Assembly: GCA_048941285.1 (NCBI GenBank) | Contig: JBHLNS010000041.1 | Location: forward strand, 1-29,064 | Length of the DNA stretch: 29,064 bases | Source of the DNA: Promethearchaeota archaeon | Lineage (GTDB): Archaea; Asgardarchaeota; Lokiarchaeia; Sigyniarchaeales; SOKP01 | Direction of reading: 5' to 3' | Part shown: in pieces, positions 9,508-19,036 of the stretch | Numbering within the stretch: position 1 is the first letter of the stretch | Layout of the letters: the number at the start of each line of letters is the position of its first letter | Program-made: the position numbers and the translations under genes | The notes under the pieces: generated by a model | Database searches by the model: none | What the model was told of the DNA's origin: nothing | The model's input: the letters and a program-made list of their open reading frames with translations, nothing else

Positions 9508-9779
9508 CTTGCTCTTATTTTTAAAACTCTCCTTAATCCAATTATTGATATAATCCCAAAATTTCCTGTATTAACTAAAAATTCTTATACCGTGTGATTC
9601 ACATCTGAACCACAATTTAATCTTATTATATTAGTCAAAATTTGAGTATTAAAATTTGTATGAAAGAACAAATTTTTCGTGTGAAAATGTAGAATACAAG
9701 AAATTATTTTCTAAGTTAATAGGGCATTTGATTTATTTTTACGCATCAATCTTGTATGTGATATTAACACGTACTTTTA

Positions 9780-11066
9780 CTAAATTACATCCAATCTTTT
9801 TAAAAATGGCAGCACTGAGGGGCCATTGGGTAAAATTAGTATCGACGCTTTTTGACCATATTTATTTAAGCCAATATCAATAGCTTTTTCGACAGTTTCA
9901 GCGAATTTTAGCCCTATATTACCAATTTGATTCTCAGTTAATTTAGAAATAATAAATACTTCTGCTTTCATTAGAATTCTAGTAAGAATTTGAATTTCCC
10001 ATTGATCTGGTACTATTATCTCTTTATTCAATATTTTTTTGTAAATATCATTTGGTTTCATTCCAGAATATAGCAATTTTTTAAATTCTTTTTGCCCAAT
10101 CCCATCACTACACTCATTTACAGCAATAATCATACCCCCATCCTTCACAGCTATTTCTCCGATTGCCATACTTTTTACTGCTTGATATAAGTTGAGATCA
10201 AGGGGATATCCTCCATTTCCACAAACAACAATGTCATATGGTTTCTTGATTTCTCTGAAAATGTATCTTTTTTGATATTCTACTAATCTCTCATGGGCTT
10301 TAGTAAGATCTCCAGCAGATATTTGAACAATTTCGTGTTGTTCGTTAATACATACATTAATAATAAAGTCTACGCCAACCTTATTAATTATGTCAGAAGC
10401 ATGATTATGTAAAGGGTTATCCTTGTAAATCCCAAATCTAGCATATTTTGAATTGATATTTTCAGCAGAATGATTTTCTAAGATAGTTTCTTTATCAATA
10501 ATTCCAGGAACTATAGATTTACGACCTCCAGAAAACCCAAAAAAGAAATGAGGCTCAACATAACCCGTTAAAAGTTTTAAATCAGCAGCATAATAATATT
10601 TATTGATTAAAATTGGATGATTAACTCTAGAATTTCCTATTTGAATCAAGGAATTTTTATCATTGGGTTGGTGATTAATAACTCTAATCCTGCCTTCTAG
10701 CTTATTACCCAAAACACGTTTTAATTCACCATTATTAGATGGGCGATGTAATCCTGTAGCAATTAGAATAGTAATTTGTCGTTCTTCAATTCCATAATTA
10801 TTTAATTCATCTATTAAAGCTTCAAGAATCAGGTTGGAAGGAACAGGCCTGGTTGCATCACTAGAAACAATACAAACAGTATTTAATTTATTTTTATTCT
10901 TGATTATTTCTTTTAGAGGTAAAGATCCAATAGGATTATTAATTGCTTCTTGGATTTTTTCTTTAGGATTTTTAATAGATTTTTGTTTAGGTGGTCGAAA
11001 AATGGTAGTATTCCATTTAGGCTCTAACTTTATTTCAATACCATCTTTTCCATAATCAAATTTCAT
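9780..11066 (-). CDS. larA: Nickel-pincer-dependent lactate racemase family protein (LarA superfamily)
   Basis: SDATRP, ATGLHR, VEPHFFFGFSGGRKSIVPG, GGYPLDLNLYQAVK, DQWE; overlaps the upstream gene by ATGA. Confidence 0.92.
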   Translation of the reverse strand: MKFDYGKDGIEIKLEPKWNTTIFRPPKQKSIKNPKEKIQEAINNPIGSLPLKEIIKNKNKLNTVCIVSSDATRPVPSNLILEALIDELNNYGIEERQITILIATGLHRPSNNGELKRVLGNKLEGRIRVINHQPNDKNSLIQIGNSRVNHPILINKYYYAADLKLLTGYVEPHFFFGFSGGRKSIVPGIIDKETILENHSAENINSKYARFGIYKDNPLHNHASDIINKVGVDFIINVCINEQHEIVQISAGDLTKAHERLVEYQKRYIFREIKKPYDIVVCGNGGYPLDLNLYQAVKSMAIGEIAVKDGGMIIAVNECSDGIGQKEFKKLLYSGMKPNDIYKKILNKEIIVPDQWEIQILTRILMKAEVFIISKLTENQIGNIGLKFAETVEKAIDIGLNKYGQKASILILPNGPSVLPFLKRLDVI

Positions 11067-12814
11067 GATTTTTTCCTATTTTTATGTATTATTTCTCTTG
11101 CCTTTTCAAAAATTTCAACAGTATTTACACCAGCGGGACATTTGGTTTGACAGAGTCCACATAACGTGCACGTATGAAATACATCTATAATTAAATCGTT
11201 CAATTCCAAATCTCCATGGACTAATCCATTTATTAGACATAAGCGTCCACGTGGACTATACGTTTCTAATACATAATTAATTCTAGAAGGGCAAGAGATA
11301 CAAAATCCACATCGCATACATTTTAATTCCAATATTTTATTAGTTTGATTTTTTAAAGAGCGATTTATATTTGGAGTAGTAAGAGTTCGAAGATCTCCTT
11401 TCCCAATCCCAGGATTTAATATCAAATTAGGGTCAAAGAATTTTTTTATTTGTATCATTAATTCAATTACATCAGAGTTATGTTCTAATTCGATATATGG
11501 GGTTTTAATTTTCCCTATTCCATGTTCACCAGTTATTGATCCTCCTGAAGGGATTATTATTTCTTTATATAGATAATCTAACGCTTTTTCAAAATCTTTT
11601 ACATCCTGTTCATCATTTTCATTAAATAAAAAAGTAGGATGCAAATTTCCTTCCATATGGCATATTATTGCAACTAATAAATTCTTAGCATTAATTTTTT
11701 TGGGAATCTCCTCTATTTTTTTAATAACGTCAGAAAATTCTGAAATTTGAATAGTACAATCTTCAACACAAGTGTTGGGTCTAATTCGAGAAAGAGCCGG
11801 GAGATTTGCTTTTCTTGCTAAAATTAACCTCTCTCTTTCTTCTTCGGTATTTGCAATTTTTTGATAGATTGGATTTTTTTGGATAATAATATCAAACATA
11901 TCAGAAAATGATTCATCTACCTCAATAAGGGAGCTTCCATCAACTTCAGCTAATAAAACATATCCGCTTGGAAAATCATAGAATTCTCCGCCCAAAAAAT
12001 CAGTAACAGCTTCTAAAATAACCTTATCCATAAATTCTAATAAATTGGGGACAATACCTCTTCTTCTTATCTCTAAAACAGCTTCTTTCAAATTGTCAAC
12101 ATTCTCAAAAATAAACAGCCCTAGTTTTCTCGCTTTTGGTAACGGACGAATTTTTAATCCTATCTTTGTAACAATGCCTAATGTTCCTTCAGAACCAATA
12201 ATTAGGTCTTTAATATTATAAGAAGATACAGACTTTAAAACTTTTGAGCCTAAATTCAAAATTTTTCCATTTGATAATACAACTTCCAAATATAAGACAT
12301 AATTTTTAGTAACACCATATTTGAATGCTTGAATACCGCCTGCATTACTGGCGACCATTCCTCCTATAGTCGCAACAGAACTTGAACCAGGATCTGGAGG
12401 AAAAAAATATCCAAATGGTTTTAAAATCTCATTTAAATCATCACAAATAACTCCTGGTTCAACTTCGACTAAATTATTTTCGATGTCTATATTTGCAATC
12501 TCATTCATTTGGCTTAAATCTAAAATAATTCCCCCATACGGACTTAGTGAGCCAGATGATAAACTTGTACCACTTCCTCGAGGTGTTATTGGAATTCTGT
12601 TTTCATTTGCTACTTTTAGAATTTCAGAAATCTGTTTTGTATTTTGCGGTATTAATATTAAATCTGGAACCCAGTCCTTATTGAAAATACTCCCCCCAAA
12701 TGCATATGTGAATCTGATCTCATATTCATCAAAAAAAAACCCCTCTCCTACAATTTCCTGGAATTTTTTTAATAAATGATCAGAAATTTTATTATAAAAA
12801 GGTTCCATATTCAC
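11063..12814 (-). CDS. FAD-linked 2-hydroxyacid dehydrogenase (GlcD/Dld family) with C-terminal 4Fe-4S dicluster domain
   Basis: PRGSGTSLS, FFPPDPGS, TIGGMVASNAGG, KYGVT, GSEGTLG, GNLHP, GEHGIG, DPNLILNPG; C-terminal CMRCGFCISCP and CTLCGLCQTKCP. Start may be ATG at 12808. Confidence 0.93.
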   Translation of the reverse strand: MNMEPFYNKISDHLLKKFQEIVGEGFFFDEYEIRFTYAFGGSIFNKDWVPDLILIPQNTKQISEILKVANENRIPITPRGSGTSLSSGSLSPYGGIILDLSQMNEIANIDIENNLVEVEPGVICDDLNEILKPFGYFFPPDPGSSSVATIGGMVASNAGGIQAFKYGVTKNYVLYLEVVLSNGKILNLGSKVLKSVSSYNIKDLIIGSEGTLGIVTKIGLKIRPLPKARKLGLFIFENVDNLKEAVLEIRRRGIVPNLLEFMDKVILEAVTDFLGGEFYDFPSGYVLLAEVDGSSLIEVDESFSDMFDIIIQKNPIYQKIANTEEERERLILARKANLPALSRIRPNTCVEDCTIQISEFSDVIKKIEEIPKKINAKNLLVAIICHMEGNLHPTFLFNENDEQDVKDFEKALDYLYKEIIIPSGGSITGEHGIGKIKTPYIELEHNSDVIELMIQIKKFFDPNLILNPGIGKGDLRTLTTPNINRSLKNQTNKILELKCMRCGFCISCPSRINYVLETYSPRGRLCLINGLVHGDLELNDLIIDVFHTCTLCGLCQTKCPAGVNTVEIFEKAREIIHKNRKKS

Positions 12815-12969
12815 TACTTTTATATCGAAGCTTAATTATAATTTGGTTAAGGACTAAAGATATATTTTATTCTTACTAAAATAAATAAAAATTTTGTGAT
12901 TCAAAATTTTAATAAGAATAAACTTGTATTTTGCAATTAAAAACATTTAATTTAATTGTCGTGAATTAT

Positions 12970-13359
12970 TTGGCAAAAATTATAAGAGATTTATGGATAT
13001 TAACTGAAAGTGGACTGACATTATTTAGTCGAGTGATTGATCCAAAAATGGGACCACAAGTTTTTGGAGGATTAATGATTGCATTAAATACATATGCAGA
13101 AAGTCTTACAGAAGGAGGAATTTCAAATTTTGAATTAAGTAGTATTCGATTTACAATAGTAAAGAATAATAATTTCCTTTTTGTTGCAAGCTCACCTAAC
13201 GATATCAAGACTAAAAAGGTTTTGAATGAACTGAAAAAAATATCTCAGAAATTTTTTGAAGTATATCCGGAAAATATCTTAAATAATTTTAGCTCCAATA
13301 TACGTGTCTTTAGCGAATTTAAGAACCATATAACAGATTCGTTAGAAGAAATTGATTAA
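12970..13359 (+). CDS. Stand-alone longin-like domain protein
   Basis: LWILTESGLTLFSR...QVFGGLMIALNTYAESL...FTIVKNNNFLFVASS...LKKISQKFFEVY fits the bbabbbaa longin pattern of Lokiarchaeal proteins. Start moved to TTG at 12970 after a GTGA RBS-like site (ORF track gives 12931). Confidence 0.78.
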   Translation: MAKIIRDLWILTESGLTLFSRVIDPKMGPQVFGGLMIALNTYAESLTEGGISNFELSSIRFTIVKNNNFLFVASSPNDIKTKKVLNELKKISQKFFEVYPENILNNFSSNIRVFSEFKNHITDSLEEID

Positions 13360-13380
13360 AAAGTTGAAAACCTTAATATG

Positions 13381-13441
13381 TGATTTGAAATCATATGATT
13401 TTTTTTCTATAATAGAAAAAAATTTAAGACCGATATGATTT
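13381..13441. promoter_or_regulatory. Cluster of overlapping palindromes (candidate operator or terminator)
   Basis: TGATTT-G-AAATCA (13381-13393), perfect 14-bp palindrome AAATCATATGATTT (13388-13401), 11-bp arms at 13400-13422, second ATATGATTT at 13433-13441. Confidence 0.4.
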
Positions 13442-13480
13442 TCTTTTAATGAAAAACAATAATTACTTGGAATAATAAAA

Positions 13481-13801
13481 ATGAAATTAACTGATAATAA
13501 AGAATCTGCAGATGAAGTAGATTTTAGAGAACTTCCATCTTTTAATAAGAAAAAACAATTATATTCAAATTATTTAGATAATATTATTAAAAGTTTATCA
13601 GCTCCCAAATTTTTGGGGTCAATTCATATGAAAAGGACAACTTCTCCTAATAACTCAATCGAGAATTTAGTCGAAAGCGAATTACAATTAAAAACTGCAA
13701 AAGCGCTAAAAAATACCTTATTCAATCCAGTAACAAAAATTTTAATAATATTAGCGATTGTTTTTAACCTTGTCTGGTTTCTTTTAGCTGCTATTTTTTA
13801 G
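13481..13801 (+). CDS. Small tail-anchored membrane protein, unknown function
   Basis: Hydrophilic N-terminal ~85 aa; single C-terminal TM (ILIILAIVFNLVWFLLAAIF) ending at the stop codon. Confidence 0.75.
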   Translation: MKLTDNKESADEVDFRELPSFNKKKQLYSNYLDNIIKSLSAPKFLGSIHMKRTTSPNNSIENLVESELQLKTAKALKNTLFNPVTKILIILAIVFNLVWFLLAAIF

Positions 13802-13930
13802 AGAAACAATATTATATCCAACTAATTTTTCTTTAACAAATTTAAAAGGTATTTATGTTTTTTATAATTAGATTTTAATATCTGTTTTTAATATTATCAC
13901 AAAAAAATTATTTTAAAGGTCTGTTGTCAC

Positions 13931-15400
13931 GTGATTTATGATGTTATTATTATTGGAGGCGGTGTTACTGGTTGTTGCATCGCTCGTACTCTTTCAAAAT
14001 ATGATCTCAAAGTATGTTTATTAGAAAAGGAAGCAGAAATTGCTGCTGGAACCACCAAAGCTAATTCAGGTGTGATACACGCAGGTTATGCTTCTTCTAG
14101 GGAATATATTAAGCGATATTTATGCATTAAAGGAAACAAATTATACACTCAAGCAGCAACGGAATTAAATTTCCCTTTCAAACGAATTGGTTCCTTTGTA
14201 GTTGCCTTAGAGGATAATCAGATTAAACAGCTAGAAGAAGAAAGAAAAAGAGGAATTGAAGATGGTATTCCCGGGTTGCAAGTCATATTAGATAAAAAGG
14301 AAATTATGCAAATGGAACCAAATTTAACTGATGATGTCGTTGGAGTGTTGCATGCTCCAACAGCTGGACTTGCTAGCCCATATGAATTAACTTTCGCATT
14401 AGCTGAGAATGCGGTAATGAATGGTGTAAAATTTTTCAGAAATCATGAGTGTGTTAAAATTAAGCATCAAGATTATATTTTCACAGTTAGAACATATAAG
14501 GGTGAATTTCAGGGACGGAATGTAATCAATGCTGCTGGATTGTATGCTGGAAAAATTTCGAATATGCTAGGTTTAGATTATTTTAATATAATGCCAAGAA
14601 AAGGAGAATATATTCTTTTTGATCGTAATGCTCTTCAATTAAACAAAATATTATTTCCTATGGCAACAAAAGTATCAAAAGGAATATTGGTTTGTCCAAC
14701 ATTACATGGGAATACTTTTGTTGGACCCAATGCTCAAAACTTAACTGATTTTGAGGATATTTCAACTACAACTGCCGGATTAAAAGAAATTTTAGAAGGT
14801 GGAATGAAATTAGTTCCAAATCTCCCCGTTAGAAGTTCAATTAGAAATTTTGCTGGATTAAGAGCAGTTCCAGATTCTTATGACTTTATTATTGATAACA
14901 CTGACGTTTATGGATTTATCAATGTTGCTGGTATCTTATCACCTGGTTTGACAGCGACATTTGCCATAGCGGAAAAAGTAATTGAATTTCTTGAACTATT
15001 AGGTGTTGAATTAAAAGAAAAGGAAGATTATAATCCTTTACGACCTAAACCCGAAAGATTTAAGGATTTTAGCAAAAAAGAACTTGACAAAAAGATTAAG
15101 GAAGACCCTAGTTGGGGTAGAATCATATGTCGTTGTGAAACCATTCCAGAAAAAGAAATAATTGATGCTATCCATGCTCCAGTAGGAGCTAACACAATAG
15201 ATGGTGTAAAATTTAGATGCAGACCTGGTATGGGTAGATGCCAAGGCGGATTCTGCAGACCTCGGGTGATAGAAATCTTATCAAGAGAATTAAATAAAGA
15301 TTATAAGGAAATTACTAAGAAAGGAGAAGATACGAATATTTTAATAGGAAAAACTAAAGATTTTTTCTTAAAAGGTAAAAATGGAGGCGTTAGTGAATGA
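13931..15400 (+). CDS. glpA: FAD-dependent oxidoreductase, GlpA/L2HGDH-like, with C-terminal BFD-like [2Fe-2S] domain (probable glycerol-3-phosphate dehydrogenase catalytic subunit)
   Basis: DVIIIGGGVTG, TTKANSGVIHAG, INAAGLYA, PRKGEY, FAGLR, SPGLT; CRCE...GMGRCQGGFC. GTG start. Confidence 0.85.
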   Translation: MIYDVIIIGGGVTGCCIARTLSKYDLKVCLLEKEAEIAAGTTKANSGVIHAGYASSREYIKRYLCIKGNKLYTQAATELNFPFKRIGSFVVALEDNQIKQLEEERKRGIEDGIPGLQVILDKKEIMQMEPNLTDDVVGVLHAPTAGLASPYELTFALAENAVMNGVKFFRNHECVKIKHQDYIFTVRTYKGEFQGRNVINAAGLYAGKISNMLGLDYFNIMPRKGEYILFDRNALQLNKILFPMATKVSKGILVCPTLHGNTFVGPNAQNLTDFEDISTTTAGLKEILEGGMKLVPNLPVRSSIRNFAGLRAVPDSYDFIIDNTDVYGFINVAGILSPGLTATFAIAEKVIEFLELLGVELKEKEDYNPLRPKPERFKDFSKKELDKKIKEDPSWGRIICRCETIPEKEIIDAIHAPVGANTIDGVKFRCRPGMGRCQGGFCRPRVIEILSRELNKDYKEITKKGEDTNILIGKTKDFFLKGKNGGVSE

Positions 15401-16695
15401 AGAGATACCAAGTTGATGTTGCTGTTATCGGTGGGGGATCTGCAGGGTTAGCTGCTGCGATAGTTGTTAAAAAAGCTGAATTAAATGTTTTAATATTAGA
15501 AAGGGATCGTGAATTAGGTGGAATCACTCTTCAATGTATACATAATGGATTTGGATTACATGAGTTTAAAGAGGAATTAACGGGACCTGAATATGTTCAA
15601 CGGTTTATTAATCAAGTGAAAGAACTAAATATCCCTTATAAGTTAGATACAATGGTAATCGAACTTACTCCTGATAAAACTATTTATGCAGTGAATAACA
15701 AAGAGGGATTAATTGAAATAAAGGCTAAAGCAATTATCCTAGCGATGGGGTGCCGAGAAAGAACTAGGGGTGCAATTAACATTCCTGGGTTTAGACCTGC
15801 AGGAATATATACTGCAGGGCAAGCCCAAAGGTTTGTAAACATGGAGGGTTATTTACCAGGAAGGACATTTGTCATATTAGGTAGTGGTGATATTGGTATG
15901 ATTATGGCGCGAAGATTAACTTGGGAGGGGTGTCAAGTGAAAGCTGTGGTGGAAATTCAACCTTACGTAAGTGGTTTATTAAGAAATGAAGTCCAGTGTT
16001 TAGAAGATTATGGAATTCCTTTAATCACTAGTTATACTGTAACAAAAATCCATGGAAAAGATAGAATTCAAGGTGTTACAATTTCGAAAGTAGACCGTAA
16101 TTTTGATAGAGTTATTGGCTCAGACAAATTTATTGAATGTGACACACTTTTGTTATCAGTTGGTTTAATTCCTGAAAATGAGTTAACTAGAGAAGCAGGA
16201 GCAGAAATCTCCCATATGGGCGGTCCTGTGGTTGATAATAATTTAGAAACCACAATTAATGGTATATTTGCATGCGGTAATGTTTTACAGGTCCACGATT
16301 TAGTTGATCTAGTTTCAGCGGAGGGAAAGCGGGCAGGATTAAGTGCCATTCAATTCATTAAAGAAAGATATGGCAAAAAAATTGAAAAAAGAGACCAAAT
16401 TGTCTGTAAACCTGGTGAAAACATCAATTATATAAAACCAGATCTGATTAATCGAGCTGATTTATCAAAAGATGTTATTTTTACATTTAGAGTTAAACGA
16501 CCTGATAGACGACTTTTAATTCAAATTAAAGATGAAAAAAATAAGATTATTTATAAAAGAAAAAGACTATATGTTATCCCTAGTGAAATGATTGAAATAA
16601 AATTAAATCTAAGTGAAGAACAATTAGATCCTGAATGTGAAGCCCTGGAAATTGAAGTGATTCCTAGACCCGAGGTTTTAATTGAGGAGGATTGA
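15397..16695 (+). CDS. NAD(P)/FAD-dependent pyridine nucleotide-disulfide oxidoreductase (GlpA-like operon subunit)
   Basis: IGGGSAGLAAA, LQCIHNGFGLH, ELTGPEY, AMGCRER, ILGSGDIG, FACGNVLQVHDLVD; ATGA overlap with the previous gene. Confidence 0.9.
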   Translation: MKRYQVDVAVIGGGSAGLAAAIVVKKAELNVLILERDRELGGITLQCIHNGFGLHEFKEELTGPEYVQRFINQVKELNIPYKLDTMVIELTPDKTIYAVNNKEGLIEIKAKAIILAMGCRERTRGAINIPGFRPAGIYTAGQAQRFVNMEGYLPGRTFVILGSGDIGMIMARRLTWEGCQVKAVVEIQPYVSGLLRNEVQCLEDYGIPLITSYTVTKIHGKDRIQGVTISKVDRNFDRVIGSDKFIECDTLLLSVGLIPENELTREAGAEISHMGGPVVDNNLETTINGIFACGNVLQVHDLVDLVSAEGKRAGLSAIQFIKERYGKKIEKRDQIVCKPGENINYIKPDLINRADLSKDVIFTFRVKRPDRRLLIQIKDEKNKIIYKRKRLYVIPSEMIEIKLNLSEEQLDPECEALEIEVIPRPEVLIEED

Positions 16696-16716
16696 TCAAT
16701 AAAAAGGTGATTAGAA

Positions 16717-17112
16717 TTGTCAACAAAAACTAATGAAGTAAATTTACCTGACGGATCTAAAGACATAAGATGCATTATTTGCCCTACTGGATGTTTAGTT
16801 CATGTTGAAAATGTGAACGGAGAATTAATAATAGAAGGACATTCTTGTAAGAGAGGGGAAGAATATGCAAGAGAAGAATTCGTTTCTCCGAAAAGAATTC
16901 TTACCACCACCATGCAAGTGGAAAACGGATTTTTACCTTTAGTACCTGTGAGATCAGAATTGCCGCTTCCAAAAGATAGATTGGAAGAAACACTTCAAGA
17001 AATTGCGAAAGTAAAAATTAAAGCTCCTATAAAAATGGGGGATATTCTTATAAAAGATATTCTTGGGCTCAATATCAATATTATTGCAAGCAGGGATTTA
17101 ATTGAAGGATGA
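16717..17112 (+). CDS. DUF1667 family small Cys-motif protein (third gene of GlpA-like operon)
   Basis: CIICPTGC...GHSCKRGEEYA..E...PKRILTTT...PIKMGD; TTG start with AGGTGA RBS upstream. Confidence 0.9.
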   Translation: MSTKTNEVNLPDGSKDIRCIICPTGCLVHVENVNGELIIEGHSCKRGEEYAREEFVSPKRILTTTMQVENGFLPLVPVRSELPLPKDRLEETLQEIAKVKIKAPIKMGDILIKDILGLNINIIASRDLIEG

Positions 17113-17221
17113 AAATTTATATTTTCTTTTAAACTTCTTAATTTCTCTTTTTAATAAAGTTTTATAAACACAATCATCTAGATGTATTTTTCCAGATTTT
17201 GCATTTTACTAAAATATATAA

Positions 17222-17236
17222 AATCTAACTTAGATT
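17222..17236. promoter_or_regulatory. Short inverted repeat upstream of the zinc-ribbon gene
   Basis: AATCTAA-C-TTAGATT about 50 bp upstream of ATG 17284; AT-rich, so chance is possible. Confidence 0.25.
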
Positions 17237-17283
17237 AGATTTTTAAATACAATATTTTTAAAATTATTCAGAGGAGACTATTT

Positions 17284-17628
17284 ATGTCAGAATTCGAAGA
17301 AAAAGTTTTGAAATTACTCGAAGAAATTAATACTAAATTAGATAAAGTATTGAAAGCTGAGCCCAAATCTGTAAGTTCAGCTCCAATGGCATCAACAATT
17401 TCTACTCCCACTGCCACAACAGTTAAACCTTCAGCTGTAGTCGATAGGCAAGAGGAAGAAGCACGATTAGAAGAAAAGCCAGTTTTAGACGGGAGAAGGA
17501 TATGTCCAGAATGTGGAAGTACTGCTTTTGCCACCCACGAGGATAAAAACCAAGTTTTACACCAAATGGGCGGCGTGAAGATTTATGCCAAGAAATATAT
17601 ATGCAAGAATTGCGGGTATGAATATTAA
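17284..17628 (+). CDS. Small protein: short coiled coil + S/T/A/P linker + C-terminal zinc ribbon
   Basis: GAGGAG RBS at 17271-17276; MSEFEEKVLKLLEEINTKLDKV coil; C-terminal RRICPECG...YAKKYICKNCGYEY. Confidence 0.88.
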   Translation: MSEFEEKVLKLLEEINTKLDKVLKAEPKSVSSAPMASTISTPTATTVKPSAVVDRQEEEARLEEKPVLDGRRICPECGSTAFATHEDKNQVLHQMGGVKIYAKKYICKNCGYEY

Positions 17629-17852
17629 ATCACTATTTATCTTTTAAATGTTAATTTTTTTGAATTTTAGGTTTGGTAATAGATACCGCATTTTTATCCT
17701 TATTTTTTTTTATTCTTTCAATAATAGCGCAAGTAATTTTTATAAAAAAGCCCATTATTAAACCTTTAAGTTAGATTTTTAATTTCTATTTACTTAAAAT
17801 TCTTAATTAGAAACGCAATTAGGAACGTGCGGTGCTGAATTAAATTCCTCAA

Positions 17853-18929
17853 ATGAGAGTTAATAAATGGATTCAATACATTAAAAGCTTTATATTGAAT
17901 AATTTCCTTAATAGAAAAATTCCTTATTCTGCACAAATAGAATTAACTCTACGTTGCAATGGAAAATGTCCATTTTGTTCCATTCATTCTTTACCTGAAT
18001 CTATTCTGGGCGAGGATATGAGCACTGAGCAAATAAAACTTTTAATTGATCAAATAGCTGAATTAGGTATTCTCTCTCTTTCTTTTACGGGTGGTGAACC
18101 TACACTACGAAAAGATTTACCAGAATTGATTTATTACACAGGGGTAATCCATGATTTTATGAATGGCATCGCCACTAATGGGTACTTATTGCCTAAATTA
18201 TTTAAAGAACATAAAATAGAAGGTTTAGATTATATTTTACTCTCATTAGATTATCCTACTGCGGAATTACATAATAAGATGCGAGGCATAAAAGCGTTTG
18301 ATAGGGTAATCGAATCTATAAAATTAGCTAAGAAAAATGATATTAAGCCTATTATCAGCACAGTGGTTATGAAAGATAATATCCATCTTCTAGATGATAT
18401 TTGTCAATTAACTGAGCGTTTAGGATGTTCAATTGAATTATATCCCTGTGAAGATATAATAAGAGATTTTACAAACCAAACATACCAAATCAATGATATT
18501 AACGAAATGATTCCAGAGGTATCTGCATGGGCTAAATTAATTCGCTCATTAAGAAAAAAATATCACAATATTTTAACTGATCTAATAAGTGTTGAGGTTG
18601 TAGAGAATGGTGGTTTTGGTGGATACCCTAATTATCATCAAAAAATTTTACGTTGTCATGTTGCTGAAGCATATTTATTTGTTAGTCACGATGGATATAT
18701 TCATTATCCTTGTAAGATTCATCCAATTGTTAGTTATAATTCGTTAAAATATCCAATATCCAGCATTTATAACTCATCTAAAGTAAAAAAAATAATGAAG
18801 ACACATGATAATTATGAATTCTGTAATAATTGTCGTTTGGGATGTGCAATTGTATCCTCGATCCCAACTCGTTGGAAAACAGTTTATTCTAAATTTATTA
18901 AAGGATTTTTGGAAGGTAAGCTAAGATAA
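17853..18929 (+). CDS. Radical SAM protein with C-terminal SPASM/twitch-like Cys motif
   Basis: CNGKCPFC (CxxxCxxC), FTGGEPTLR, TNG, LSLD; later RCHVA...YPC...FCNNCRLGC. Confidence 0.92.
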   Translation: MRVNKWIQYIKSFILNNFLNRKIPYSAQIELTLRCNGKCPFCSIHSLPESILGEDMSTEQIKLLIDQIAELGILSLSFTGGEPTLRKDLPELIYYTGVIHDFMNGIATNGYLLPKLFKEHKIEGLDYILLSLDYPTAELHNKMRGIKAFDRVIESIKLAKKNDIKPIISTVVMKDNIHLLDDICQLTERLGCSIELYPCEDIIRDFTNQTYQINDINEMIPEVSAWAKLIRSLRKKYHNILTDLISVEVVENGGFGGYPNYHQKILRCHVAEAYLFVSHDGYIHYPCKIHPIVSYNSLKYPISSIYNSSKVKKIMKTHDNYEFCNNCRLGCAIVSSIPTRWKTVYSKFIKGFLEGKLR

Positions 18930-19036
18930 TAGAATTAATTATTCAATATCAAATTTTTTCAATGATTTATTTAAGAAAAATAATAATTCAAAAAATTTAA
19001 TTTGAAATATTGTTTTCCTAATATAGTGATAAAATA

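Noticed and set aside
13481-13801. SNARE annotation for the tail-anchored protein
   Set aside because: No ~60-aa heptad SNARE motif or clear zero layer, and prolines interrupt the region. Kept only as tail-anchored.
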